64,000 bases of DNA from an uncultured archaeon (GTDB taxonomy: Archaea > Aenigmatarchaeota > Aenigmatarchaeia > Aenigmatarchaeales > Aenigmatarchaeaceae): NCBI GenBank assembly GCA_964608725.1, contig CAZSPB010000001.1, forward strand, positions 43,696 through 107,695, written 5' to 3'. Positions within the stretch are counted from its first letter, which is position 1. Each line of letters opens with the position of its first letter. The notes beneath the pieces were generated by a model. That model saw only the letters and a program-made list of their open reading frames with translations. It was not told where the DNA came from and did not search any database. Shown here in pieces: positions 46,555 through 55,624 of the stretch. Position numbers and translations under genes: made by a program.

Positions 46555-47358
46555 TTATATTTTAATTATTTTTCCAACCCCCACTTTAATGAAGTTATTC
46601 TTATAATTCTTTTCAAAAAGATTCATAGCTTTTTCTCCTGTGCAATGGCATGGCGCAACTTTCTTTACCCCTAATTCTTTAAAGTTTTTGATTATACCTT
46701 CTATTTCTTCATCACTTTTTCCTATTAAATGAAAACCACCTATAACAAGGTAAACATTTGAATTACTTAGTTCTTTAGCTTTTCTAATTATATTTACTAT
46801 TCCAGGATGTGCACAACCTGTAATGAGTACCACTCCTTTTTCTGTTTTTATTATCAAAGATTGTTCTTTTATCCAAGTTCCTAATTCACCTGTAGAATAA
46901 ACTCCATCAAAAATTTCTTTACCCTCTTCAATGTTTACATAATTTGCTCCATAGTGTTTTATTCTATCTTTAAAATCTTGGGGGAATGAATTTGGTAAAT
47001 ATATAGTAACATTAGGATTTACTTCTAAAAAGCCAAAAAGCCCACCAGTATGATCACCGTGAATATGAGATAAGACTATTATTTCTATTTCCTCCGGTAA
47101 AATACCAAGGGCCTTTATATTTGAAAGGAGAATAGAAGAATCACCACCAGTATCAAATAGAATCTTCTTTCCTTTAACTTCTATTAAACAAGCAAATCCC
47201 CAAGAAGTTTTTAACTTTTTATCAAATTCGTTGTTATCGTAAACTACAAATAAAGTTACATTTGAAGTATTTTTCATTTGTAAAACCTCTTTTTTATGGA
47301 AAGAATAAATTAACATCAAAATGATTATTCCTATAATCGAAATAAATTCTTTTTTCAT
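46555..47358 (-). CDS. Metallo-beta-lactamase-fold hydrolase (secreted/anchored)
   Basis: VLSHIHGDHTGG (HxHxDH) and downstream His/Asp ligands. N-terminal signal. Confidence 0.8.
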   Translation of the reverse strand: MKKEFISIIGIIILMLIYSFHKKEVLQMKNTSNVTLFVVYDNNEFDKKLKTSWGFACLIEVKGKKILFDTGGDSSILLSNIKALGILPEEIEIIVLSHIHGDHTGGLFGFLEVNPNVTIYLPNSFPQDFKDRIKHYGANYVNIEEGKEIFDGVYSTGELGTWIKEQSLIIKTEKGVVLITGCAHPGIVNIIRKAKELSNSNVYLVIGGFHLIGKSDEEIEGIIKNFKELGVKKVAPCHCTGEKAMNLFEKNYKNNFIKVGVGKIIKI

Positions 47359-47364
47359 ATTTGA

Positions 47365-47721
47365 CTATAAATTTATAGCTTTGTTAGGACATGCTTGAAC
47401 ACAAAGTCCACAACCTCTACAACGTTCAGGATGGACTATTTTTGCCTTTCCATTAATTATTTCTAAAACACCGAATGGGCAAGCTTTAACACAACTCCCA
47501 CAACCTGTACATTTACTTTCATCTATTTTTGGAAAGGGTGGTTGTGGAGGAGCAACTTGGCCTCTTCTCATTCCTGCTCCTCTTGGCGGACCTTTATCTA
47601 ATCTATGAATAAATTGTGCAGGTGCACCACAGTAAGGACATCTCATAGGTTTAGGAATACCTCTAGGAACTTCTATTATTTTACCACAGGAAAAACACTT
47701 GAATTTTTTTGTTAGGTTCAT
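47365..47721 (-). CDS. Zinc-ribbon / 2x[4Fe-4S] ferredoxin fusion with Pro/Gly-rich linker
   Basis: CFSCGK...CPYCGA, then CTGCGSCVKACP and CRGCGLCVQACP. Confidence 0.7.
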   Translation of the reverse strand: MNLTKKFKCFSCGKIIEVPRGIPKPMRCPYCGAPAQFIHRLDKGPPRGAGMRRGQVAPPQPPFPKIDESKCTGCGSCVKACPFGVLEIINGKAKIVHPERCRGCGLCVQACPNKAINL

Positions 47722-48212
47722 TTTTCTTGCAACTCTTTAATTTTTGCTTCTAGATATTTTATTTCCTCTTCTATCATTTGTTTTTGGAGTTCAAGCATTT
47801 TCTTTTCAAATTCAATATCTAACTTGCTAGGTTTGAACTCTTGAACTCTTGGTACGGCCGGTATAGCTTGTGTAGCTTGCATAGTTTTGGAGCTTTTTAA
47901 ATAATCTTCAACTGCTTCTCTTACTTTTCCAACACTTATAAAAACTTCTATTCCAGCTTGGTTTAAGACCATTGATGCATTTGGGCCAAAATTTCCAGCT
48001 ATTACTACTTTTGCACCTTGATTTGCTATAAACTGAGCTGCTTGAATTCCAGCACCACCAAATGCAGAGGCTGAAGGATTTGGTTTAACTTCAACTTTTC
48101 CTATCTTTTCATTTTCAACTTCAACTATGGTAAAAGTTGGTGCTCTACCAAAAACTGGTGACACTTGATCTTCTAAACCACCTTTACCTTGAGTTGCTAC
48201 TACAATTTTCAT
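47718..48212 (-). CDS. NifX/NifB-like FeMo-cofactor-binding family protein with C-terminal coiled coil
   Basis: [32 protein letters not shown]...[13 protein letters not shown], with a C-terminal [17 protein letters not shown]. Confidence 0.7.
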   Translation of the reverse strand: MKIVVATQGKGGLEDQVSPVFGRAPTFTIVEVENEKIGKVEVKPNPSASAFGGAGIQAAQFIANQGAKVVIAGNFGPNASMVLNQAGIEVFISVGKVREAVEDYLKSSKTMQATQAIPAVPRVQEFKPSKLDIEFEKKMLELQKQMIEEEIKYLEAKIKELQEK

Positions 48213-48589
48213 TTTTTCTCACTTAATTCTTTTAGTCTTTCTTCTATATATTTTAATTCTTCCTCTAGCATTTTCTTCTCTTGTCTCAAAGCTTCTATTT
48301 CACTAGCAGGCTGATAAGGCACTGAAGTTGGTGTAAAGCTTTGCGGAGCTGTTTGTGAAGTTAGCATAGGCCCCATTGAAGTCCATGTAACTGGTCCATA
48401 AATTCCAGACCACCACCATCTTGGTAGCCAAGGAAACCATCTACATCTCCCAAACCAATTATATGTTGGCCAAGTTGCCCAACCAAATCCTCTACCAAAA
48501 GCTGGCCATCCCATTCCAGCTCTCATCCATCCTGGTAGACCGGTTGCATAAAACCACCATCTCCATCCTCTTCCCCATCCCCATGGCAT
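48209..48589 (-). CDS. Trp/Gly/Arg-rich low-complexity protein with C-terminal coiled coil, DUF5320-like
   Basis: [12 protein letters not shown]...GRGFGW...C-terminal [30 protein letters not shown]. The composition and architecture resemble DUF5320 proteins. GC-rich relative to the surroundings. Confidence 0.4.
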   Translation of the reverse strand: MPWGWGRGWRWWFYATGLPGWMRAGMGWPAFGRGFGWATWPTYNWFGRCRWFPWLPRWWWSGIYGPVTWTSMGPMLTSQTAPQSFTPTSVPYQPASEIEALRQEKKMLEEELKYIEERLKELSEKK

Positions 48590-48603
48590 TTTCTCACCTC
48601 CTA

Positions 48604-48879
48604 TTATTCAATAATTCCAATATCGTAAAGTCCTACTTCCTTTGATGACTTTTTATAAATTCTAACTACACCATTCTCTTCTTCAATTCTAATTTTTCCT
48701 TTTAACAAGCATCCTAGATTTTGATAAAAATATCTTTTAAGTAAGTCTTTTTTCATTTCTCCAAATGACTCTTTCCCTTCTTTTAATTCGTTATTCATAA
48801 TTTTTGTGATATTGCACATAATAATTATGTGCATATGCAAATATTTAAATTTAACGGTTGCTAATAATTTATATGCCAA
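48604..48879 (-). CDS. Hypothetical protein (91 aa or shorter)
   Basis: ORF track only. Confidence 0.25.
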   Translation of the reverse strand: MAYKLLATVKFKYLHMHIIIMCNITKIMNNELKEGKESFGEMKKDLLKRYFYQNLGCLLKGKIRIEEENGVVRIYKKSSKEVGLYDIGIIE

Positions 48880-49202
48880 GATGGAGATGGTGTTGGAGAA
48901 GGAGAGGCCCAGGAAGACCTTTTAGTTATTTATTCTTAACTTCTTTGCCAAATGTGAAAGAGTTTGTTCCAAGGCCTTGTTTAAATCCTCAACCTATAGA
49001 AATAACTTATCCAGAATACAATGCTCTAATTCTTGTTGATTTAGAAGGATTAGATCAAGAAGGTGCTGCAAAAAGAATGAAAACTTCAAGAGGTACTATA
49101 TGGAGATTATTAAATAACGTTAGAAAAAAGATAGCACAAGCTTTAAGTGAATCAAGACCAATTATTATATCTTCAAAAGGAGAAGTAGAGAAAGTCAGGT
49201 GA
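48873..49202 (+). CDS. DUF134-family predicted DNA-binding protein
   Basis: [16 protein letters not shown]...F.P N-terminus and C-terminal HTH EYNALILVDLEGLDQEGAAKRMKTSRGTIWRLLNNVRKKI are typical of DUF134. The ORF track starts at TTG 48858. Confidence 0.55.
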   Translation: MPRWRWCWRRRGPGRPFSYLFLTSLPNVKEFVPRPCLNPQPIEITYPEYNALILVDLEGLDQEGAAKRMKTSRGTIWRLLNNVRKKIAQALSESRPIIISSKGEVEKVR

Positions 49203-49206
49203 TAAG

Positions 49207-49596
49207 TTGGACATAGAAGAAATAAGAAAAAAGAAATTAAAAGAGCTGAAAGAAAGGTTAAATTTTCCTGATAAACCTATAAAAGTGACAGATGAAAATT
49301 TTGATGAGGTAAAGAGAAAGTATTCTATGTGTGTTATTGATTGTTGGGCACCTTGGTGTATGCCTTGTAATTTGATTGCACCAGCAATAGAAAAATTAGC
49401 AAAAAAGTACAAAGGAAAGATAGTTTTTGGAAAACTTAATGTTGATGAAAATAAGTTAACACCTATGAAATATAATGTAATGGGTATTCCTACTCTCCTA
49501 ATCTTTAAAAATAACAAATTAGTTGATAGAATAGTTGGTGTTTTACCTTTTGATTTGTTAGATTTGAGGTTAAAAAGTTTACTTGAAGCTGAATAA
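49207..49596 (+). CDS. trx: Thioredoxin
   Basis: WAPWCMPC active site and a thioredoxin fold. Length is 129 aa. Confidence 0.85.
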   Translation: MDIEEIRKKKLKELKERLNFPDKPIKVTDENFDEVKRKYSMCVIDCWAPWCMPCNLIAPAIEKLAKKYKGKIVFGKLNVDENKLTPMKYNVMGIPTLLIFKNNKLVDRIVGVLPFDLLDLRLKSLLEAE

Positions 49597-50893
49597 ATTG
49601 GAGGTGATGGAAGTGTTAAAGGGATTAAGGAGACATTACAATGCAGATATAACAACAAATACAAAATTGAGTTTTCCTGAACACACTTCTTCAAGTGGAA
49701 TGTGTTCAATTTGTATAAAGTGTGGACAGTGTGAAATTGCTCAAAAAGCAAAAACTGGAAGGACTTTATTCCCTTCACCATTCGGTAAAGCTCAGTTTGG
49801 TGCTGAAAAAAGGCTACCAGATATAAACGATATTCAAATATTAGCTGAAATGTGGGGAGAAAGTAGTTTCTTCGTTGATGTAAAGACAGAAGTGAATATA
49901 GGAGGTTTTGAGTCTAGTGCACCAGTTGTTATAGCAGCATTAGGTTCTACAAAAGTTGCCTCTTCTGGAGCTGATGTTTTATCAGAAGGTGCTGCATTAG
50001 CAGGTATACCAAGAGTTATAGGAGAAAATGTCTTTGCAACTTTTGGTAAAGAAGGGCTTAAGAAAATGATACAACCATATCTTGATAATTATCAAAATAA
50101 AGGAGCTATAGTAGTTCAAGCTAATGTTATAGATCAAAAGTTAGGTGTTCCTGAAATGGCAGTTGAGTTAGGGGCACATGCTATTGAGCTAAAATTAGGC
50201 CAAGGAGCAAAACAAGGTTTAGGAGGGGAGATTAGGTTCAAAGAAAAAAGTGCAGCTGAAAAGTATAGAAAATATGGTTACTTAATTTTAGAGCATAATG
50301 GAAGTTATGAGAGGCATGTCTATCCAGGAGATATAACTAAGGAAGGCTTAAGAGACATGTTAATAAAGTACTCTGACTTAAAAGTTCCTCTTTGGATCAA
50401 AGTTGGGGTTGGAAGAGGGATAATAGAACTCATAGAAGAGCTTCAAAAGATAAAAAGCGAAGAAAATGTTCCTCTAAAATGTTTAACTGTTGATGGTCAT
50501 GGCGGCGGAACTGGAATGTCACCATGGTTAATAATGAATGAAACATGTTTGCCATCTCTTGCTATACTTCCTAAAGTAAGAGAAATGAAGTTAAGTTTTG
50601 ATGTTTTAGTTGCTGGGGGTTTAACAAGTGGAATAGATATTGCTAAAGCTATGATGTTAGGTGCAGACGGGGCAGCAATGGGAAGAGCAATGATAGTGGC
50701 TGCATCAGCTCATGGAAGTAAAGGAATAGTCAACTTTGTAAAAGCTATGAAAGAAGAATTGCAAATGATTGCAACAATTCAAAGGGTAAAAGAAGTTTCA
50801 AAATTGAAAAATAGAATAAACAACTTAGTGGCTTTAACTGAAGAAGCAGGAAGGATGTTTGGAATAGAAAGTGATAGCAAAAAAGTTTTGTGA
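49583..50893 (+). CDS. Glutamate-synthase-domain (FMN-binding, GltB domain 2-like) family protein
   Basis: GHGGGTGMSPW, LVAGGLTSG, and an N-terminal Cys cluster (CSICIKCGQCE). Confidence 0.7.
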   Translation: MKLNKLEVMEVLKGLRRHYNADITTNTKLSFPEHTSSSGMCSICIKCGQCEIAQKAKTGRTLFPSPFGKAQFGAEKRLPDINDIQILAEMWGESSFFVDVKTEVNIGGFESSAPVVIAALGSTKVASSGADVLSEGAALAGIPRVIGENVFATFGKEGLKKMIQPYLDNYQNKGAIVVQANVIDQKLGVPEMAVELGAHAIELKLGQGAKQGLGGEIRFKEKSAAEKYRKYGYLILEHNGSYERHVYPGDITKEGLRDMLIKYSDLKVPLWIKVGVGRGIIELIEELQKIKSEENVPLKCLTVDGHGGGTGMSPWLIMNETCLPSLAILPKVREMKLSFDVLVAGGLTSGIDIAKAMMLGADGAAMGRAMIVAASAHGSKGIVNFVKAMKEELQMIATIQRVKEVSKLKNRINNLVALTEEAGRMFGIESDSKKVL

Positions 50894-51319
50894 TTAGCCT
50901 ATGTATTTACTTTCTTCTCTTTTTCTTGCAAATGGTAGTGCTATTGGTGGTGGGAGTTGAAGTTCTTCACTTAGGTTAAGAGCTTTTACGAAGCTCCTCC
51001 TTAAAATTGTATTTATGATTTCCAAATTTGTATCATCTGGTAGCTTTTTATCCTTTTCCCAACCTTTTAAAATTTTATCTTGTTGTGGGTCAATGAATAT
51101 AACATTCCCTTCAATTACTATTTCACCTATAGTTTTATTTTTCGATAAATATTGTGTTTTAAACTCAAAATCAATAGACAAACCATTTTTGTTTAGAAGG
51201 GGTAAATTTTGTTTTTTTACATCTTTTAAATTTACATTACTGTTAACTTTTACAGGGCCTTTCAAGCCTTCATATTTTTTTGCTGTAATATTCCTTATAT
51301 TCATTCCAATTACTGGCAT
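50894..51319 (-). CDS. Hypothetical protein (141 aa)
   Basis: ORF track only. Confidence 0.3.
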   Translation of the reverse strand: MPVIGMNIRNITAKKYEGLKGPVKVNSNVNLKDVKKQNLPLLNKNGLSIDFEFKTQYLSKNKTIGEIVIEGNVIFIDPQQDKILKGWEKDKKLPDDTNLEIINTILRRSFVKALNLSEELQLPPPIALPFARKREESKYIG

Positions 51320-51368
51320 AGTATCACGTTAATAATAGAAAGGATAACTATTTATTATTTATTTTCTA

Positions 51369-51893
51369 ATGAGCTTAATTAATTTTATGGCAAAAAAAGT
51401 GTTGATGGTAATAGCACCAGATAATTTTAGAGATGAAGAATTTTTTGAGACTAGAGATGTTTTAAAAGATGCTGGTATTGAAGTAACAGTGGTTAATTCT
51501 ACTGGACAACCATCAAAAAGCATGTTTGGAAGGATTGTGACTCCAGATAAGAATTTTTATGAAATTGATTCAAAAGATTTTGATGCAATCGTTTTTGTAG
51601 GTGGTACTGGTGCAGCTGCCTACTTCGATAACAAAAGAGCTATAACTCTTGCAAAAGAATTTTATGAATCTGGAAAATTGGTAGCTGCAATCTGCATTGC
51701 ACCAACAATACTTGTTAATGCAGGAATTCTTGATGGAAAAAAAGCTACTGCTTTTCCTTCTGAAAGAGAAAAAATAAATGCTGTTGGAACTTACACAGGA
51801 AATAATGTTGAAGTAGATGGTAAAATTATAACAGCTTCAGGACCTCAAGCAGCAAGAGAATTTGGTAGAAAGATTGTTGATGCTTTGAAGTGA
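51369..51893 (+). CDS. DJ-1/PfpI family protein
   Basis: AAICIAPTILVNAGILDGKKATAF contains the nucleophile-elbow Cys. 174 aa. Confidence 0.8.
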   Translation: MSLINFMAKKVLMVIAPDNFRDEEFFETRDVLKDAGIEVTVVNSTGQPSKSMFGRIVTPDKNFYEIDSKDFDAIVFVGGTGAAAYFDNKRAITLAKEFYESGKLVAAICIAPTILVNAGILDGKKATAFPSEREKINAVGTYTGNNVEVDGKIITASGPQAAREFGRKIVDALK

Positions 51894-51897
51894 GAGA

Positions 51898-52224
51898 ATG
51901 AAGCACTTAGCAATTTTTTTAATTTTACTAGTTATTCTTATTAGTGGTTGTACAACTAGTGGGGATACAGAGTCATTTAAAAAAGCAGCAATAGATGCTT
52001 GTATCAAAATTTGTAATTCGATCAAAGACAAACAAGATTTAAGTAATGGACCTTGCATAGGTGACCCTATTCCAGAACATCCTGGTTGGGTTTGCGATGT
52101 TGCTCATTGGCCTAGAGAACCTGTAGATAATTTACCAGAAAATCAATGCGAGGCTTATAGAAATGGGACAGCAACCCACTTTGTTGAAGTAACTCCAGAA
52201 TGTACACTCATCAGAGCAGTCTAG
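51898..52224 (+). CDS. Small Cys-rich secreted/lipoprotein-like protein
   Basis: Signal peptide ending LISGC, and eight Cys residues. Confidence 0.4.
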   Translation: MKHLAIFLILLVILISGCTTSGDTESFKKAAIDACIKICNSIKDKQDLSNGPCIGDPIPEHPGWVCDVAHWPREPVDNLPENQCEAYRNGTATHFVEVTPECTLIRAV

Positions 52225-52301
52225 CTCTCTCTTTTTAGTATCAACATCCTGATCTTTGACTCATTTTAAATGGAAATTATTAAAGTTTTTTATTATATAA
52301 G

Positions 52302-52424
52302 CTATTCTTTCATTTCGTATTTAGGTTTACAACCACCTCGTCCATGACCAGCTGCGGGTCCCCTTCTTCCTATCTCATACATATAACTTTCTTTTCTTGG
52401 TCCTGTCCCATCTTTATCAGGCAT
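52302..52424 (-). CDS. Unannotated 40-aa ORF resembling the DUF5320 N-terminal motif
   Basis: Hand translation gives MPDKDGTGPRKESYMYEIGRRGPAAGHGRGGCKPKYEMKE. The pattern MP..DGTGP...GRG.GxC is characteristic. Below the 60-aa ORF-track cutoff. Confidence 0.3.
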   Translation of the reverse strand: MPDKDGTGPRKESYMYEIGRRGPAAGHGRGGCKPKYEMKE

Positions 52425-52833
52425 TAAATCACCCCTTCTAATTTTGGACTTATAAATTTATAAATCTAAATTTTGAATTTTTTTTAGAAGGTTTAGGGTA
52501 TAGGAGCATTTATTTAATTATATATTTATATTACTTTGATTTCAAACCATCGGAGTCTAGAATTTCACTATAGTTCAACGCTCCTACAATTTCCTATTAT
52601 TTTCATCTACTGTGGTCAAAAAATTTGGAGTGTGATATTCCTTAATTCTGGTAGGCATGATTTAACTTTCTTTTCTAATTTACTTAATAATCTTTGAGGT
52701 AGTTTATTCACTTCCATTACTTCCTGAAAAAAGTAATGTTTCTTACGGAATATATCTTTTTGTTGTATTTTCAACAAAGGTAATTTAGAAAAGTTCTTAA
52801 ATTCTAAAATTTGAATATTCTTTAGTTTTTAAT

Positions 52834-52906
52834 AGCCCCGTGGTGTAGTGGCCAAGCACAGAGGGCTCTGGACCCTCAGACGGAGGTTCGAATCCTCCCG
52901 GGGCTA
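52834..52906 (+). tRNA. tRNA-Gln (anticodon CUG)
   Basis: Folded by hand. Acceptor AGCCCCG/CGGGGCT; D-arm GTGT-AGTGGCCAA-GCAC; anticodon stem GAGGG/CCCTC with loop CTCTGGA (anticodon CTG); T-arm GGAGG-TTCGAAT-CCTCC; discriminator A; no encoded CCA. Confidence 0.9.
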
Positions 52907-52940
52907 TTCTATTTTATAAAGAAGAGAACAATTTTTCTAT

Positions 52941-53774
52941 ATGTATGTAATAAAAGCTTCTGGTGAAACTGAAAAATTTAATGTAAAGAAGATAGAAAGA
53001 ACTTGTTTAAGAGCAGGTGCACCAAAAGAACTTGCTAAGAAAATAGCAAAAGAGGTTAAAAGAAGAGCTTATGATGGAATTACAACTAGAGAGATTTTAC
53101 ACATAACTTTAACCCTTCTAAGAAAAGAAGAGCCTCATATAGCTTCTAGATATGATTTGAAAGGAGCTTTGTTAAGATTAGGGCCAGCAGGTTTTACATT
53201 CGAAAATTTAATAAGCGAAATTTTGAAAGAGTATGGTTATTCAATCAAACTACGAAGTATTGTTAGAGGTTTTTGTGTTTCTCATGAGATAGATATTATT
53301 GCTACTAAAAATGGCAAAAATTTTATGATAGAATGTAAATATCACAATTTTCCAGGTGTTTATACTGGTTTAAAAGAAACTTTGTATACTTATGCTAGAT
53401 TTCTTGATTTAAAAGAAGCTTGGAAAAAAGGTTTTTGTAGAAAATTTGAAGGGCCTTGGCTTATATGTAATACAAAGTTCTCGGAAGATGCTATTAAGTA
53501 TGCAAATTGTAGAGAAATTAAATTAATAGGATGGAATTACCCTTCAGCCGGGAATTTGAAAGATCTTATAGAAAATAGGAAACTTTATCCTATAACTATA
53601 TTAAGAAGTTTAGATAAAGACTCACAATTAAAGTTAGCAAAAGTAGGCCTTGTTTTAGCTCTTGATTTAATAAGAGTAAATCTTAAAGAATTGAGACACA
53701 TAACTAAAATTCCGTTAAAGAAATTAAAAGTTCTTGTAAAAGAGGCAAGTGGAATTTGTAAAGTTAACGGTTAA
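52941..53774 (+). CDS. ATP-cone domain fused to an Mrr-like (PD-D/ExK) restriction-endonuclease domain
   Basis: N-terminal ATP-cone (MYVIKASGETEKFNVKKIERTCLRAGA...ITTREI). C-terminal FENLISEILKEYGYSI...HEIDIIATKNGKNFMIECKYH matches the Mrr catalytic core (D...E.K). Confidence 0.55.
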   Translation: MYVIKASGETEKFNVKKIERTCLRAGAPKELAKKIAKEVKRRAYDGITTREILHITLTLLRKEEPHIASRYDLKGALLRLGPAGFTFENLISEILKEYGYSIKLRSIVRGFCVSHEIDIIATKNGKNFMIECKYHNFPGVYTGLKETLYTYARFLDLKEAWKKGFCRKFEGPWLICNTKFSEDAIKYANCREIKLIGWNYPSAGNLKDLIENRKLYPITILRSLDKDSQLKLAKVGLVLALDLIRVNLKELRHITKIPLKKLKVLVKEASGICKVNG

Positions 53775-54018
53775 TTTTATATATAAAGGTTTTCTAAATA
53801 TTTTCAAGATGGTAGTTTCTATATCAGACTCTTGGTTCATGATTGTAACATTCATAATAATAATTATCGGTGTTATTATTCTTGGAAGTGGTTTTCCTTT
53901 TTTAAATGTTATAGAGGTTTGTAGCGGTTTAATATTGATAATTCTTGGCATAGTTTTCCTAGTTTACTACGTTTACTATGCTTCTCTTCACTATTCAAGA
54001 AAAGTTAAAAGTAAATAA
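53749..54018 (+). CDS. Small membrane protein (89 aa)
   Basis: ORF track; two TM helices. Confidence 0.3.
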   Translation: MEFVKLTVNFIYKGFLNIFKMVVSISDSWFMIVTFIIIIIGVIILGSGFPFLNVIEVCSGLILIILGIVFLVYYVYYASLHYSRKVKSK

Positions 54019-54045
54019 ATCCTTCTATAAATATTAGATGATTTT

Positions 54046-54996
54046 ATGGAGAAATATGACGTTATTATAGTTGGTGCTGGACCAGCTGGTTTAACAGCAG
54101 GAATTTACGCAGGAAGAAGAGAATTAAAAACTCTCATTCTTGGAGAAATTTTAGGTGGGCAAATGTCTTATGCTCATTTAGTTGAAAATTATCCTGGAGT
54201 AGAACCAATGAGCGGAAAGGAGTTAGCAGAAAGAATGAAAAAACAAGCTGAGAAGTTTGGTTGTGAAGTTAAAATGGAGACTGTAGTGAATATGGAATTG
54301 CAAGGTGAAATTAAAAAGGTTATAACAAGAGAAGGGGAGTATAGAGCGGATGTTGTAATAATAGCGACAGGAAGCAAGCCTAGAAGATTAAAAATAGAAG
54401 GTGAAAGTAAATTTTTAGGTAAAGGAGTATCTTACTGTACAATATGTGATGGCCCTTTATTTAAAGGTAAAAAAGTTATTGTGATCGGAGGTTCTGATGC
54501 AGCTGTTACTTCTGCGCTTTATCTTAGTGAAATAGCATCTCAAGTTTTTCTTGTTCATAGAAGAGATCAATTAAGAGCAGAAGAGGCTAATCAAGAAAAA
54601 TTAAAAAAATCTCCAGTTAAAATCATTTGGAATTCTGTTGTAGAGAAAATAGAAGGGGATGAAGTGGTTAGAAAAGTTTTGATAAAAAATTTGAAAACTA
54701 ATGAAGCTAAAGAATTGGAAGTAGATGGAGTTTTCATTGAAATTGGTGAAGTACCTACAACCGAGATAGTAAAGAAAGCAGGAGTTGAAGTTAATGAAAA
54801 AGGGTATATAAAAGTAAACGAAAGGATGGAAACTAACATTAAGGGGGTTTATGCAGCAGGTGATGTTATAGGTTCATTGGCCCAAATTGTCGTTGCAGCA
54901 TCAGAAGGGGCCCAAGCAGCAACTAATGCTTATTTATACCTAAAAGGAGGAGTTTATGGGGAGAGAAGGAAGTTTGATTGGGGAGAAAAGAAATAA
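54046..54996 (+). CDS. trxB: Thioredoxin reductase
   Basis: FAD motif IIVGAGPAGLTAG, redox CTICDG, NAD(P)H motif VIGGSDAAV, and GDV near the C-terminus. Confidence 0.85.
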   Translation: MEKYDVIIVGAGPAGLTAGIYAGRRELKTLILGEILGGQMSYAHLVENYPGVEPMSGKELAERMKKQAEKFGCEVKMETVVNMELQGEIKKVITREGEYRADVVIIATGSKPRRLKIEGESKFLGKGVSYCTICDGPLFKGKKVIVIGGSDAAVTSALYLSEIASQVFLVHRRDQLRAEEANQEKLKKSPVKIIWNSVVEKIEGDEVVRKVLIKNLKTNEAKELEVDGVFIEIGEVPTTEIVKKAGVEVNEKGYIKVNERMETNIKGVYAAGDVIGSLAQIVVAASEGAQAATNAYLYLKGGVYGERRKFDWGEKK

Positions 54997-55180
54997 AAAG
55001 ATATTTGGATATTTAGAGCATTCCTTCTTTTACTGTATCATAATTTTTTTGTTTTTTTCAATTTTTGGCTTTAAAGATTTTTATTTATTTCTCAATTCTT
55101 TCTTGGTATTAAGTTTATTTTTCATATTCTTGAATCTTTTAAAGAAAAAAAGTAAGAGAGAAATTATCCTAAGTGGTTAA
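54956..55180 (+). CDS. Small membrane protein (74 aa)
   Basis: ORF track; overlaps the trxB 3' end. Confidence 0.2.
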   Translation: MGREGSLIGEKRNKKIFGYLEHSFFYCIIIFLFFSIFGFKDFYLFLNSFLVLSLFFIFLNLLKKKSKREIILSG

Positions 55181-55624
55181 ATGAAAAGGGAAAAAAAGAA
55201 ACAGATAATGTCAGCAATAATACTTCTTGTGTTTTCTGGTAGCATTTTAACTTATGCTATTATGTTTGCTTTTCCAGAAGAAGAAAAGGAAGGTGTTTGG
55301 AAAGTTGGTTTATTAATTTACATTTATGGGGAACCAATTCAAATTCCAGCTGGTATAGGAGTTTTTAATGAAACAAAATCTAAGCTATATACTTTAAGCA
55401 ATGACAATATAATTTATAAAAAAGGAAGCGAAGAAGCTACACTTGGTGAATTCTTCAAAATTTGGGGAAAAGAATTTAATAGAACATGTATATTAGATTA
55501 TTGCAATAATGAAAACCATTCTATGAGAATGTATGTGAGGAAAAATGGAAAATGGGTCGAAAATTTTGATTACGATTCATACGTTCTTAAGAATGGTGAT
55601 GTAATTTTAATAGATTACAGATGA
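55181..55624 (+). CDS. Secreted/anchored hypothetical protein
   Basis: N-terminal TM/signal. Confidence 0.35.
   Translation: MKREKKKQIMSAIILLVFSGSILTYAIMFAFPEEEKEGVWKVGLLIYIYGEPIQIPAGIGVFNETKSKLYTLSNDNIIYKKGSEEATLGEFFKIWGKEFNRTCILDYCNNENHSMRMYVRKNGKWVENFDYDSYVLKNGDVILIDYR

Noticed and set aside
48209-48589. A GC-rich stretch considered as a structured ncRNA (e.g. SRP or RNase P RNA)
   Set aside because: It has a long open frame ending in a clean coiled coil. That coiled coil mirrors the tail of the adjacent NifX-like gene, and the gene has 4-nt overlaps with its neighbours. Coding is therefore more parsimonious. No conserved SRP or RNase P sequence blocks were recognised.
52501-52586. A 7-bp inverted repeat considered as MITE termini or an ncRNA stem
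   Set aside because: It is only 7 bp with a 72-nt spacer in an AT-rich region, which is within chance expectation. Kept only as a low-interest note.
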